Positions 28,279 through 38,253 of a DNA stretch of 64,000 bases are shown in pieces; position 1 is the stretch's first letter; each line of letters starts with the position of its first letter. The position numbers and the translations under genes were made by a program. The stretch is from Ichthyobacteriaceae bacterium. Lineage in GTDB: Bacteria > Bacteroidota > Bacteroidia > Flavobacteriales > JADGDT01. Location of the stretch: NCBI GenBank assembly GCA_016744755.1, contig JADGDT010000004.1:3617-67616 (forward strand), in the 5' to 3' direction. The notes beneath the pieces were generated by a model. The model was not told the DNA's origin. It saw only the letters and a list, made by a program, of their open reading frames with translations, and did not search any database.

Positions 28279-29283
28279 TTATAACTTATTAGCATAAATT
28301 ATCAAGTCAGCAAGTCTATTTGAATATCCCATTTCGTTGTCGTACCAACCAACTACTTTTACAAATTTATTGTCGATAACAGATGTTAGTAACGAATCGA
28401 ATGTACAAGAATATGGATTTCCAATAATATCAGTAGAAACAATTGGATCTTCAATGTATTTCAATATTCCTTTAAGCGAATTTTCTGAAGCATTTTTGAA
28501 AGCACTATTTATCTCTTCGATATTGGCATCTTTTTCTACATTGAAAGTAATATCGGTTAAAGAGCCATCTGGGACAGGTACTCTAATTCCACAACCTCCG
28601 ATATGAGTATCTAAGTGAGGAAAAATTTTAGTTATTGCTTTAGCTGCTCCTGTTGTTGTAGGCACAATAGATTGCGCTCCTGCTCTTGCTCTTCGCAAAT
28701 CTTTATGGGCTACATCGTGAAGTTTCTGATCTGTAGTATAAGAGTGAACTGTTGTGATGTAAGCAGTGTCTATCCCATACAAATCATCGATTACTTTAAC
28801 CATAGGAGCCGCATTGTTAGTTGTACATGAGGCATTCGAAATAATTGTGTCGTCAGAATTTAGAATCGTCTCATTTATCCCTAAAACTATTGTTTTAATA
28901 TCGTCGTCTTCAGGTGGAGCAGAAATAATTACTTTTTTTGCACCATTATCAATATGTATTCCTGCGAGTTCTTTCGTTTTGAATAATCCTGTTGCTTCAA
29001 CAACAAAATCAACATCTAAACCTCTCCAATTTAATTTATTAATATCTTTTTGATTAAATACTTTTACTGTATTCCCATCTACAATTATTGAATTTTCTTC
29101 AGAAGAAATTTCTGCATCAAATATTCTGTGAATTGAATCGTATTTCAGAAGATGGGCAAGTGTTTTAACATCAGCGAGATCGTTAATTGCAACAATTTCA
29201 AAATCCTTTCTCTTGTGCAAAACCCTAAAGAGGACTCTTCCTATTCTTCCAAATCCATTTATTGCTACACGTATTTTTTTCAT
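28279..29283 (-). CDS. gap: Glyceraldehyde-3-phosphate dehydrogenase, type I
   Basis: INGFGRIGR and active-site SNASCTTN motifs, 334 aa. Confidence 0.95.
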   Translation of the reverse strand: MKKIRVAINGFGRIGRVLFRVLHKRKDFEIVAINDLADVKTLAHLLKYDSIHRIFDAEISSEENSIIVDGNTVKVFNQKDINKLNWRGLDVDFVVEATGLFKTKELAGIHIDNGAKKVIISAPPEDDDIKTIVLGINETILNSDDTIISNASCTTNNAAPMVKVIDDLYGIDTAYITTVHSYTTDQKLHDVAHKDLRRARAGAQSIVPTTTGAAKAITKIFPHLDTHIGGCGIRVPVPDGSLTDITFNVEKDANIEEINSAFKNASENSLKGILKYIEDPIVSTDIIGNPYSCTFDSLLTSVIDNKFVKVVGWYDNEMGYSNRLADLIIYANKL

Positions 29284-29439
29284 TATGTTTTGCTTATGTG
29301 ATTATCATTGCAATATTAGCCAATACATTTTAATTACAAGTGTTATACTTATAGTATAAATTTATGAAATTTGACAGCTTATTTATATTTGGTTGGCTTT
29401 AAATAATTAATTTCGCAAATATTATTTTAATACAAAAAT

Positions 29440-29799
29440 ATGTCAGAATTAACAAAACAAGACCTACATAACTTGGGTATGAACATTGTTGGTAAAGATC
29501 TCGAAAAAAATAAATTTGAGTTTCTTGCAGTAAATAGCGACCTTAAGAAGAATCCTCAGTTTATTGTTAAGAATGCCATTGGCGAACTTACATTTATTGT
29601 TGTAAAAACTGTTGTCTATCCCGAAGACCCTGATAGTTATGAAGCAATTTGGATGGAAACTTTTAAAGTACATGCAAAATCTAAAGAGGCAAAGTTGTTT
29701 TATGCAGGTGTAGGATTGGCTAACAGCGACGATATGGTTAAACCATTGAGTAGAGAAAGTGGATTTATTGTGAAATATAACGGTTTAAAAAAAGTTTAA
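29440..29799 (+). CDS. Hypothetical 119-aa protein, translationally coupled to apbE
   Basis: Clean ORF whose stop lies 1 nt before the apbE ATG. No family recognised. Confidence 0.55.
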   Translation: MSELTKQDLHNLGMNIVGKDLEKNKFEFLAVNSDLKKNPQFIVKNAIGELTFIVVKTVVYPEDPDSYEAIWMETFKVHAKSKEAKLFYAGVGLANSDDMVKPLSRESGFIVKYNGLKKV

Positions 29800-29800
29800 T

Positions 29801-30811
29801 ATGTTGAAAAAAACATTAGCTCCCATATTATTTTTAAGTGTATTATTCTCTTCGTGCTATAATGAGCCTAGGCTTGTTGAAAATTCATTAGCAGGATATG
29901 TAATAGGAACTACCTACCATATAAAATACCTTTCGGAAGATGGAAAAAATTATCAGCAACAAATAGATAGTATTTACGATGTTATTGTAAAGTCTATGTC
30001 AACGTACGATCCTAGCTCCGATATTTCTAAAATTAACAAGGGAGATACTACAATTATTGTAGACCACATGTTTATAGATGTTTACAAAACATCAGAAAAA
30101 ATTTGGAAGGAAACAGATGGTATTTTCGATCCTACAATCGGGATAATGGTTAATGCATGGGGATTTGGACCTACAGGTCAGCTAAACAATCTTGATAAAG
30201 TGAAGGTTAATGAGTTGATGAAAACCGTTGGATTTGATAAAACAAGGATTCTACCAAGTGGTATTTTTCAGAAAGACTACCTAGGAACACAGATAGATTT
30301 TAACGCAATAGCTAAAGGATATACTTTAGATAGAGTTGCCGTATTTTTCAATCAGAATGGAATTAACAATTACTTGATAGAAATTGGAGGAGAAATAGTT
30401 GCAAAAGGGATTAAGATAGATGGTAGCAAATGGCGTATAGGAATTGATGACCCTAATCAGAGTGAAGATAGACCTCTAACAGCAATTGTAGATATTACAG
30501 ATAAAGCGATGGCTACTTCTGGAAATTACCGTAGGTTTAGAATAGATTCTCTAACAGGCGAGAAATACGTACACACAATAAATACTAAAACTGGTTTCAC
30601 AAGTAGGAGTAACATATTAAGTGCATCGGTAATGGCCGAAAACTGTGCTCTTGCCGATGGTTATGCTACTACTTTTATGGCGATGGGACTAGAAAACACT
30701 AAGATATTTTTAGACAAACATCCCGAATTAGAAGCTTATCTAATTTATACTGATGAAGATGGTAACTGGAAAAAATATATGACTAAAGAGTTTTCATTGA
30801 GTCTGGAATAA
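29801..30811 (+). CDS. apbE: FAD:protein FMN transferase (ApbE family lipoprotein)
   Basis: Lipobox LFSSC, then GTTYHIKY..., FDPT and AKGY motifs. Confidence 0.88.
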   Translation: MLKKTLAPILFLSVLFSSCYNEPRLVENSLAGYVIGTTYHIKYLSEDGKNYQQQIDSIYDVIVKSMSTYDPSSDISKINKGDTTIIVDHMFIDVYKTSEKIWKETDGIFDPTIGIMVNAWGFGPTGQLNNLDKVKVNELMKTVGFDKTRILPSGIFQKDYLGTQIDFNAIAKGYTLDRVAVFFNQNGINNYLIEIGGEIVAKGIKIDGSKWRIGIDDPNQSEDRPLTAIVDITDKAMATSGNYRRFRIDSLTGEKYVHTINTKTGFTSRSNILSASVMAENCALADGYATTFMAMGLENTKIFLDKHPELEAYLIYTDEDGNWKKYMTKEFSLSLE

Positions 30812-30852
30812 GTGTTGACGATATAAAGATTAAGAATCATTATTAAAAAAAC

Positions 30853-30886
30853 AAATAGCCCCGTTATAAATGACGGGGCTATTTTT
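30853..30886. terminator. Bidirectional rho-independent terminator
   Basis: AAATAGCCCCGT/ACGGGGCTATTT stem with flanking A and T runs, between convergent apbE and galE. Confidence 0.8.
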
Positions 30887-30919
30887 ATATGGGCTTTTAC
30901 CCCAATATTTTAAAGGAAA

Positions 30920-31942
30920 TTATTTCTTAGACTCTAAGTATTTTTCCCATTTCCAAGCAGAAAGTGTCATCTCATCAAGAGATTTTTCGGCTTTCCAATC
31001 TAGTACTTTATTTGCTTTAGCTGTAGATGCATAAATTTGCTCAACATCTCCTCTTCTTCTTGGAGCAATAGAATAGTTAAGTTTTACACCTGTAGTTTTC
31101 TCAAAAGAATCAATTACTTGTTTTACTGAAAAACCTTTACCTGTACCAAGATTAAATATCTCGAACTGGCTTTCGCTTTTACCATCTATCATTCTTTCGA
31201 TAGCTTTTACGTGTGCTTTAGCAATATCTACTACATGTATGTAATCTCTAACAGCTGTTCCATCAGGAGTATTGTAATCATCCCCAAAAACTTTCAACTC
31301 ATCTCTTAATCCTATGGCAGTTTGAGTTATAAATGGCATTAAATTATTAGGAGTTCCTAAAGGCAATTCTCCATTTTCGCCACTTTCGTGAGCTCCTATA
31401 GGATTGAAATACCTCAATGCAATTGAATTGAATTTGCTACTTGCTTTTGTTTGATCTATTAGCATTTGCTCTCCTATCTGCTTAGTGTTGCCATAAGGAG
31501 ATTCTGCTGGCACAACTGGTGTTTCTTCTGTAGCAGGCAATACTTCTGGTTGACCGTAAACAGTTGCCGAAGATGAAAATACAATATTTCTAATATCATT
31601 ACTTGTCATTGCATCTACAACATTTGCTAGAGAAACTAAGTTATTTTTGTAATATTTCATTGGATGAGCAACAGATTCGCCTACAGCTTTAAAAGCTGCA
31701 AAATGAATAATAGCATCAATATCATACTCTTCAAAAAAATCATCAACCTTAGCACTATCTCTAAGTTTGAACTGCTCAAAAATAGGACGCTTACCAGATA
31801 GCTTTTCTATTCTATCAAGGGAGTCAATAGTAGAGTTAGACAAATCGTCTATTATTAAAACTTCATGACCTGATTTTATTAACTCTATTGCAGTGTGAGA
31901 ACCAATATATCCAGTTCCTCCTGTTACAAGTATGTTACTCAT
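30920..31942 (-). CDS. galE: UDP-glucose 4-epimerase
   Basis: GGTGYIGSH motif and the YGNTK catalytic motif, 340 aa. Confidence 0.93.
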   Translation of the reverse strand: MSNILVTGGTGYIGSHTAIELIKSGHEVLIIDDLSNSTIDSLDRIEKLSGKRPIFEQFKLRDSAKVDDFFEEYDIDAIIHFAAFKAVGESVAHPMKYYKNNLVSLANVVDAMTSNDIRNIVFSSSATVYGQPEVLPATEETPVVPAESPYGNTKQIGEQMLIDQTKASSKFNSIALRYFNPIGAHESGENGELPLGTPNNLMPFITQTAIGLRDELKVFGDDYNTPDGTAVRDYIHVVDIAKAHVKAIERMIDGKSESQFEIFNLGTGKGFSVKQVIDSFEKTTGVKLNYSIAPRRRGDVEQIYASTAKANKVLDWKAEKSLDEMTLSAWKWEKYLESKK

Positions 31943-32013
31943 TTTGTTATGTTTATTTATGGAATGCTAAAATAGTATTTCTTACAGAAAAAAGTAAGTA
32001 AAATAAGAATAGA

Positions 32014-32709
32014 TTATCTTGTTAATGCAAAAGTAGCACCTCCGCCTATATAGCCTTGAAGTGTGGTAGAGCTAACACTTGCTCCAGATCCTCCTGTGCC
32101 TATATACAAACCACCGTAAGCAATAGGTACCATCATTCTCCCTTCTATTTTTAAACCAATATTTTTAGTGAAATAATACTTTAAACCTCCCCCAAGTGTC
32201 ATAGCAAACTTCCAAGCATCACTATAGTTGTTCTCCTTCGGATTAAGTTCTACCGCTCCCATAGAAAAAGTTCCATAAGGAATCATATTACCTTTTGGCA
32301 TTTCCTTTACTATACCTATTTGGTAGTACCTTATTGCAACATCTTCCCTTCCATATCTTCCGCCAGAGATTGTTGTTTCTTGGTTAAAAAAGCCTAGCTC
32401 TACACGAGTATTATATTTAGAAGGAAAACTTACAGTAATCCCATAAGAATCGGAATCGCTAACTTTTACTTCTTTATAGCTACCAAAATCATACGCATAA
32501 AATCTACCCCCAAATTGGTAATTATATGTTGCTCCAATTTCAATTAATCGTTCGGGGTTATCTTTTCTAGCATAAGCGTCTTTCATCACTTCCTTTTCGC
32601 TCTTACCAGAATCTTTAAATCTAACTTGCGATCCTCTTCTGTGTTGAGAGAACATTGATGTAGAAATACTTAAAAGTATAACTGTTACAAATAATAGTTT
32701 TGTTTTCAT
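32014..32709 (-). CDS. Small outer-membrane beta-barrel protein
   Basis: Signal peptide from the internal Met (MKTKLLFVTVILLSISTSMFSQ) and glycine/aromatic-rich beta strands. The start is moved 8 codons inside the tracked ORF. Confidence 0.6.
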   Translation of the reverse strand: MKTKLLFVTVILLSISTSMFSQHRRGSQVRFKDSGKSEKEVMKDAYARKDNPERLIEIGATYNYQFGGRFYAYDFGSYKEVKVSDSDSYGITVSFPSKYNTRVELGFFNQETTISGGRYGREDVAIRYYQIGIVKEMPKGNMIPYGTFSMGAVELNPKENNYSDAWKFAMTLGGGLKYYFTKNIGLKIEGRMMVPIAYGGLYIGTGGSGASVSSTTLQGYIGGGATFALTR

Positions 32710-32711
32710 AT

Positions 32712-33254
32712 TTACTGTGTGTTTAATTTCCATTTATTATTATTGATTTCAATCATTGAATCAACTTCTTTTTTATCGTTTAAATAATCTTCAATAAATA
32801 AATCTGCTTTATTTAAAATATATTTATTTTCACCTAACTCTTCATTAACATTTTTTACCAAAGCTAAAAAAATCTCAGGAATAAGAAACTTTCTCAACGA
32901 AGCAGTTTCACAAATTATTAAATAACTATTTCCTATTAAATCTGAAAGAAAAGAAAATGCCTCACCAATAAATTCATCTTTTGCCTGAATGAAATATACA
33001 TCTTTTGCTCCAGCTTCTAGCATCCTAGCACTATCTTTCCCTGTGTTAGTAACTGTTTCCTTTACAATTGTATATTTTTCGTTATTGACCACAATTATGT
33101 CAGTATCCTTAATACCATGAAAATGACACGAAGTTTTTATTGCGATAATACTATTTAATTCTGATATTTTTTTCAGCAAATCTATAACCAAAGTAGTTTT
33201 ACCTACATTCTGTTTACTACCTCCAATTAAAAGTAAGTTAGAATATTTTTTCAT
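32712..33254 (-). CDS. P-loop NTPase-like protein of unknown function (MobB-like size)
   Basis: N-terminal LLIGGSKQNVGKTT Walker-A-like motif. Its start overlaps the upstream stop (TAATG). Confidence 0.5.
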   Translation of the reverse strand: MKKYSNLLLIGGSKQNVGKTTLVIDLLKKISELNSIIAIKTSCHFHGIKDTDIIVVNNEKYTIVKETVTNTGKDSARMLEAGAKDVYFIQAKDEFIGEAFSFLSDLIGNSYLIICETASLRKFLIPEIFLALVKNVNEELGENKYILNKADLFIEDYLNDKKEVDSMIEINNNKWKLNTQ

Positions 33255-34810
33255 TAACTATAGAGTTTTACAAAAGCTTCGGCACATCTTTCGCCATCAA
33301 TTGCTGCAGAGATAATACCTCCAGCATACCCTGCTCCTTCTCCTGCAGGAAACAATCCTTTTATCTGTGGATGCTCTAGAGTTTCTTTTTCACGAGGAAT
33401 TCTAACGGGTGAAGATGTTCTGGATTCTACACCTAAAATTTGAGCTTCGTTAGTTAAAAAACCTTTCATTTTCTTTCCAAAATCTCTAAATCCATTTTGT
33501 AGCTGCTTACCTATAATATCTGGCAATAAATCATGTAATGGAGCAGAATTTAAACCGGGAATATAAGATGTTCCATTTAGTCCATTTGAAAGTTTACCAT
33601 TTACGAAATCCATCATTTTCTGAGCTGGTGCAGCTTGTGTCTTACCTCCTGCAATAAATGCCATTTGCTCTAATGTTTTCTGATAGTACATTCCTGCTAA
33701 TGGACCAAACTTTTGATATTCTATTAAATCTTGAGGTTCAATAGAAACAACCATTCCCGAATTAGCATAATCATTACTTCTTGTAGATGGCGACATACCG
33801 TTTACAACAACTTCGTCGGGAGAAGTAGCGGATGGAACTATAAAACCACCTGGACACATACAGAAAGAATACACCCCTCTGTTGTTAGACTGCGACACTA
33901 GTTTGTATGCAGCAGCAGGTAAATGCGGACCTCTCAAATCGCAATGATACTGAATAGAATCTATAAGTTTCTGGGGATGCTCAATTCGCACACCCATTGC
34001 AAAAGATTTAGATTCTAGTAAAATATTATTTGCATGAAGGGTTTCGTAAATATCTCTAGCAGAATGACCTGTAGCCAAAATAACTCCTTCTCCTAAAAAA
34101 GTATCTCCATTGGTAGTTTTAACACCTTTAACTTTATCCCCATCAATAATAAAATCATTTACCTTTTGATCGAATAAATACTCTCCACCAGCATTAATTA
34201 TGCTTTCCCTAATAGCTTTAACTATGTGAGGTAGCTTATTTGTGCCTATGTGAGGTTGAGAATTTACTTTAATATCCTCAATGGCTCCATGAGCAATAAG
34301 AATATCAAGTATCCTATTTATATTTCCTCGTTTTTTTGATCTAGTGTAGAGTTTCCCATCAGAATATGTACCAGCTCCACCTTCTCCAAAACAGTAGTTG
34401 GATTCTGGATTTACAATATGATCTTGATTAATTTTTTTGAGATCCTTTCTTCTAGTCTGAACGTCTTTACCTCTTTCTAGCACTATTGGTTTATAACCCA
34501 ACTCTATCAATCGTAAAGCGGCAAACATTCCTGCAGGACCACTACCAACAACTACTACAGGTTTACCGTTGGCTACGTTAGGATAATTTAATTCTGGAAT
34601 GTTACTCTCTGGCTCTTCGTTGTCGAGGTAAACCTCAACAAGCATATTTACCTTTATATTTTTTTTCCTTGCATCTATAGACCTACGAACCTGTCTAACG
34701 TGATTTACTCTCTCGAAAGGAACTCCTAATTTGTAAGCTACTTCTTTTTTTATTAACGCCTCATCGCTAGCTACTTTTGGACTTACAGTTAGTTGAAGTT
34801 CTTTTTGCAT
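33254..34810 (-). CDS. FAD-dependent oxidoreductase of unknown function (COG2509-like)
   Basis: 518 aa with dinucleotide motif VVVGSGPAGMFAA and a C-terminal GEGAGYAGGI motif. Confidence 0.75.
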   Translation of the reverse strand: MQKELQLTVSPKVASDEALIKKEVAYKLGVPFERVNHVRQVRRSIDARKKNIKVNMLVEVYLDNEEPESNIPELNYPNVANGKPVVVVGSGPAGMFAALRLIELGYKPIVLERGKDVQTRRKDLKKINQDHIVNPESNYCFGEGGAGTYSDGKLYTRSKKRGNINRILDILIAHGAIEDIKVNSQPHIGTNKLPHIVKAIRESIINAGGEYLFDQKVNDFIIDGDKVKGVKTTNGDTFLGEGVILATGHSARDIYETLHANNILLESKSFAMGVRIEHPQKLIDSIQYHCDLRGPHLPAAAYKLVSQSNNRGVYSFCMCPGGFIVPSATSPDEVVVNGMSPSTRSNDYANSGMVVSIEPQDLIEYQKFGPLAGMYYQKTLEQMAFIAGGKTQAAPAQKMMDFVNGKLSNGLNGTSYIPGLNSAPLHDLLPDIIGKQLQNGFRDFGKKMKGFLTNEAQILGVESRTSSPVRIPREKETLEHPQIKGLFPAGEGAGYAGGIISAAIDGERCAEAFVKLYS

Positions 34811-34821
34811 TTTATGTTTTT

Positions 34822-35580
34822 TTATTCAAACTTTAAAACAAAAAAGACTGCTCTAGTTTGAAGTTTGTCTATTGGATCTGTCCAAGGTGTTACTGTAGCT
34901 CCAGGAGGAGTACCATCTTTTACTAATTCATTATTTACACCAAAAGAACCTCTTACCTCTGTTGTGAATTTAAAATAAGGAAGATACCAATCTATTCCTG
35001 CTCCTGCCTGCCATGATATATTCATGGTTGTCATCCTGAACCCTTCTTCTCCTGAAGTATTATCTGTAGAACTATTCTCGTTTGAAGCTAAATCTAATCC
35101 TAAATTAACTCCTCCAATTAAATATGGTCTTATGTTGTGACTTCTTTTTCCTCCGAATTTCAATAAAAAAGGAAGATTTACATATGTTGAGTTTATTTTT
35201 CTAATAGTATCTGATAAATAATTTGGATCCGGAATATGTGGATATTTCTCAAGTATTTCCTTATCATAAACTAATTCTCTCTTAGAAATATCTAAACCTG
35301 GCTCAAACCTAAAATTGAAATAGTCATTAAGCTTTATATCTCCAATTAGACCTACCGTAAAACCAAGAGATGTATTTGTATTTACTCCTAGTCTACCATC
35401 ATCAGTCATTCCTTTACTATTGGGAGTAAGTTTAAAATCATAATGATTGATTCCTAAATAATACCCCCAATGCCAACGTTGAGAATCAAAATTTGGGATA
35501 TTTTCTACATCCTTTTGGGCAAAAGCCGAAGATATAAAAGTTAGAGGTAGTACTAATATTAAAAATATTCTTTTATTCAT
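34822..35580 (-). CDS. PorT/SprT-like outer-membrane beta-barrel protein (T9SS associated)
   Basis: 252 aa with a signal peptide and NFDSQRWHWGYYLGIN motif. It lies immediately downstream of ubiE, as I recall for flavobacterial porT. Confidence 0.5.
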   Translation of the reverse strand: MNKRIFLILVLPLTFISSAFAQKDVENIPNFDSQRWHWGYYLGINHYDFKLTPNSKGMTDDGRLGVNTNTSLGFTVGLIGDIKLNDYFNFRFEPGLDISKRELVYDKEILEKYPHIPDPNYLSDTIRKINSTYVNLPFLLKFGGKRSHNIRPYLIGGVNLGLDLASNENSSTDNTSGEEGFRMTTMNISWQAGAGIDWYLPYFKFTTEVRGSFGVNNELVKDGTPPGATVTPWTDPIDKLQTRAVFFVLKFE

Positions 35581-35617
35581 AATTTGATATTGAACAAATA
35601 ATTATCGTTACAAACTT

Positions 35618-36346
35618 CTACTTATGAGAATGATAGATAGTAGAAATTCCAAAAGTTAATTCTTTTGCAGTTTCATTAATAAAACCTGTGTTTTTCAAAA
35701 TATCTAAAAGCTTTTGACCGTAAGGAAATACCTCTACAGATTCTGGTAAATAGGTATAAGCAGAACTATCGCTAGAAATCATTTTTCCTAAAGTTGGCAA
35801 AATATATTTCGAATAAAAGCCATACAGTTGTTTCATTGGAAACTTATGAGGCTGAGAAAACTCTAAAATAACAAATGTTCCTCCAGGTTTTAAAACTCTG
35901 TGAATTTCAGACAAGCCTTTTCCTAGATTTTCAAAATTTCTTACACCAAATGAAACGGTAATAGCATCGAAAGTATTGTCTTGAAAAGGTAAATTTTCTG
36001 AATCGCCTTGAACCATCTCTATTAATGAGTCTAGGTTGCGCTCTTTAATCTTTTCTTTTCCAACTTTAAGCATTCCTTCAGATAGATCTAAACCTATAAT
36101 CTTTTCAGGATTTATTTTGCTCATAGCAATAGCTAGATCTCCTGTACCTGTAGCAATATCAAGTATGTTTTTTGCTCCTGATTTCGCAATCAGTTTAACT
36201 ACTCTTTTTCTCCACTGTATATCAATACCCATTGATAAAAAATGGTTTAGAAAATCGTATTTTGGAGAAATATTATCAAACATTTCGGCAACTTGCTCTT
36301 TCTTACCTAGGTCTGATTCTTTATATGGTTTTATTGGTGTACCCAT
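35618..36346 (-). CDS. ubiE: Demethylmenaquinone / ubiquinone methyltransferase
   Basis: [13 protein letters not shown] motif and SAM motif LDIATGTGD. Confidence 0.92.
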   Translation of the reverse strand: MGTPIKPYKESDLGKKEQVAEMFDNISPKYDFLNHFLSMGIDIQWRKRVVKLIAKSGAKNILDIATGTGDLAIAMSKINPEKIIGLDLSEGMLKVGKEKIKERNLDSLIEMVQGDSENLPFQDNTFDAITVSFGVRNFENLGKGLSEIHRVLKPGGTFVILEFSQPHKFPMKQLYGFYSKYILPTLGKMISSDSSAYTYLPESVEVFPYGQKLLDILKNTGFINETAKELTFGISTIYHSHK

Positions 36347-36486
36347 TAATTTATGTCTATAAAATGCAATGGCAAATGTAATTTAAGAATACCCAAATAG
36401 CAAATGATATTTTTATTTACCATTGATCAAAAAAAAAGCCCCTAGGAATAAATCTAAGGGTCTAATAATTTAACGATTAATATTGC

Positions 36487-37227
36487 TTAAAGCGATATCT
36501 TCTTGTAAATAAACAAATGATTATCAGCTTGTGTAGTTACCTGTGCAAGTATATCGTAAGATCTGTTTATAGAATTTAAAACAACATTTGCTTTACTTCT
36601 TTCTTGAGTTTCTATCATAGAAACTAAAGACTTATTGAAATACTTATCTCCCTTAAGTTTTCCGTTAAAATATTTTACTCTTTTATAATTTCCATTAACA
36701 GTAATAATAGCCTTAACAGAACCATCTTTCATATAAGTTTTATTAACTACTAACTCAGGAATAGATTTTAACTTTCCACTTTCGGTATATTCCTTTAAGT
36801 TATTCTCTGGCATACCTCTTTGATAATTCTGAGTAGACCAAACCTTACCATCTTTTCTATACTTTTTTCTTTCTCCATCAATTACACCATTAACATAAGG
36901 TGTTATTCTATATTTACTCCCATTATCAAAATAAATTATAGACTCTCCATGCTGAATACCATTTAAGTATGTCATTGTATTCTGAAGTTTTCCTTTTGTA
37001 TTGTATAATTCTTGGACTCCAGATAGTTTATCTCTTTCATATCTAGCAACTTTATGAACCACACCATTGTCGTACCTTTCAATTTTCTCGTTAACAGAGC
37101 TTCCCTTTGCTACAACATTATTAGAATCTACACTATCGCACGAAAACATCAATAAACCTAAAGATGCTACTACAATCAACATTAAACTTCTCATTCTTAA
37201 TTTTATTTTACTCATAATATTATTCAC
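36487..37227 (-). CDS. MORN-variant (YwqK-like) repeat lipoprotein, paralogue A
   Basis: Lipobox LMFSC. About 50% identical by eye to the next gene across the repeat core. Confidence 0.6.
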   Translation of the reverse strand: MNNIMSKIKLRMRSLMLIVVASLGLLMFSCDSVDSNNVVAKGSSVNEKIERYDNGVVHKVARYERDKLSGVQELYNTKGKLQNTMTYLNGIQHGESIIYFDNGSKYRITPYVNGVIDGERKKYRKDGKVWSTQNYQRGMPENNLKEYTESGKLKSIPELVVNKTYMKDGSVKAIITVNGNYKRVKYFNGKLKGDKYFNKSLVSMIETQERSKANVVLNSINRSYDILAQVTTQADNHLFIYKKISL

Positions 37228-37280
37228 ATAAAAACTCCACTGATATAATCAATGGAGTATAGTGTTTTTTTGATAATAAA

Positions 37281-37976
37281 TTATTTCAATTGTTTATAAA
37301 CAAACATGCTGTTATTAGCATACGTAGATATTTTTGCAACAAAAGAATAAGGTGTTGCACCTCTATCTAAAACAATCTCAGCTTTTTTCTTATTACTTGA
37401 TGATATCTTTTCAACTTTTTCCTTATCGAAAAATTTACCATCAACTAAACTTCCTCTAAAATACTCTACTTTTTTACACTGTCCTTTTACCGAAAACGAG
37501 ACATCTAGCATATTCCCTTTTACTTTTTTTGACACTACTATAAACTCAAAAGGATTCATTAATTTTCCGTTCTCGTCATACTCCTTTAAGTCATTAGAAG
37601 GCAATCCTTCGTGATAAGTCTGTTTAGACCATAAAGCTCCATCTTTATAATATTTCTTTCTTTCGCCACTAATTTTATTTCTAACGTAATTTGTTATTCT
37701 ATATGGCTTACCATTATCGTGATACATTATAGCTTCTCCATCTCTTAACCCATTTAGGTAGGTAATTGTACTTTGAAGTTTCCCATTACTTTTATATTCT
37801 TCCTGTACTCCGTAAAGTTTATTCCCCTTCTTTCTTGCAACTTTATACAAACTTCCATTTGCATGTTTTGTTATCTCCTTTGTTACGCCTTCTTCTTCTG
37901 AATTGCCTCCAGCAGAAGAACATGATACCATCGATAAACTTATAAATAAGGAAAGAATAGCTATTAATTTGTTCAT
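37281..37976 (-). CDS. MORN-variant (YwqK-like) repeat lipoprotein, paralogue B
   Basis: Lipobox SMVSC. Shares blocks with paralogue A, for example Y.VAR...KL.GVQE.Y...GKLQ.T.TYLNG and YRIT.YV...I.GERKKY.KDG. Confidence 0.6.
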   Translation of the reverse strand: MNKLIAILSLFISLSMVSCSSAGGNSEEEGVTKEITKHANGSLYKVARKKGNKLYGVQEEYKSNGKLQSTITYLNGLRDGEAIMYHDNGKPYRITNYVRNKISGERKKYYKDGALWSKQTYHEGLPSNDLKEYDENGKLMNPFEFIVVSKKVKGNMLDVSFSVKGQCKKVEYFRGSLVDGKFFDKEKVEKISSSNKKKAEIVLDRGATPYSFVAKISTYANNSMFVYKQLK

Positions 37977-38253
37977 AGTTTTAGATTTTTGATTGGGGGC
38001 TCAATATAGATAAATTATGTAGCTGAATTTAAAAAAAACATCAAAAAAGCTCTTATAAATACAAAATCCCCACCTATTTCTCAACTAGCTGACTACTCGT
38101 TAATTACATTCAGGAAAATATTAAATATATTTATGTTTTTTCTTTATTTTTTTCTACAATCACATTTTCACATGACATTAATTATGTTTTTTCTGACAAT
38201 AAATCCTCAATTTTATATCCAACAAACAACAAACTTTATAAAAAAATTTGAAA

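Noticed and set aside
28337-29053. Three plus-strand ORFs (89, 71 and 95 aa) inside gap, and similar shadow ORFs inside the porin gene, efp, lpxD, mnmA, ubiE, hutH, hutU, the E1 dehydrogenase gene, the AddB-like gene and others
   Set aside because: They are antisense to strongly supported genes, have low-complexity or Cys/Ser-rich translations, and show no independent signals.
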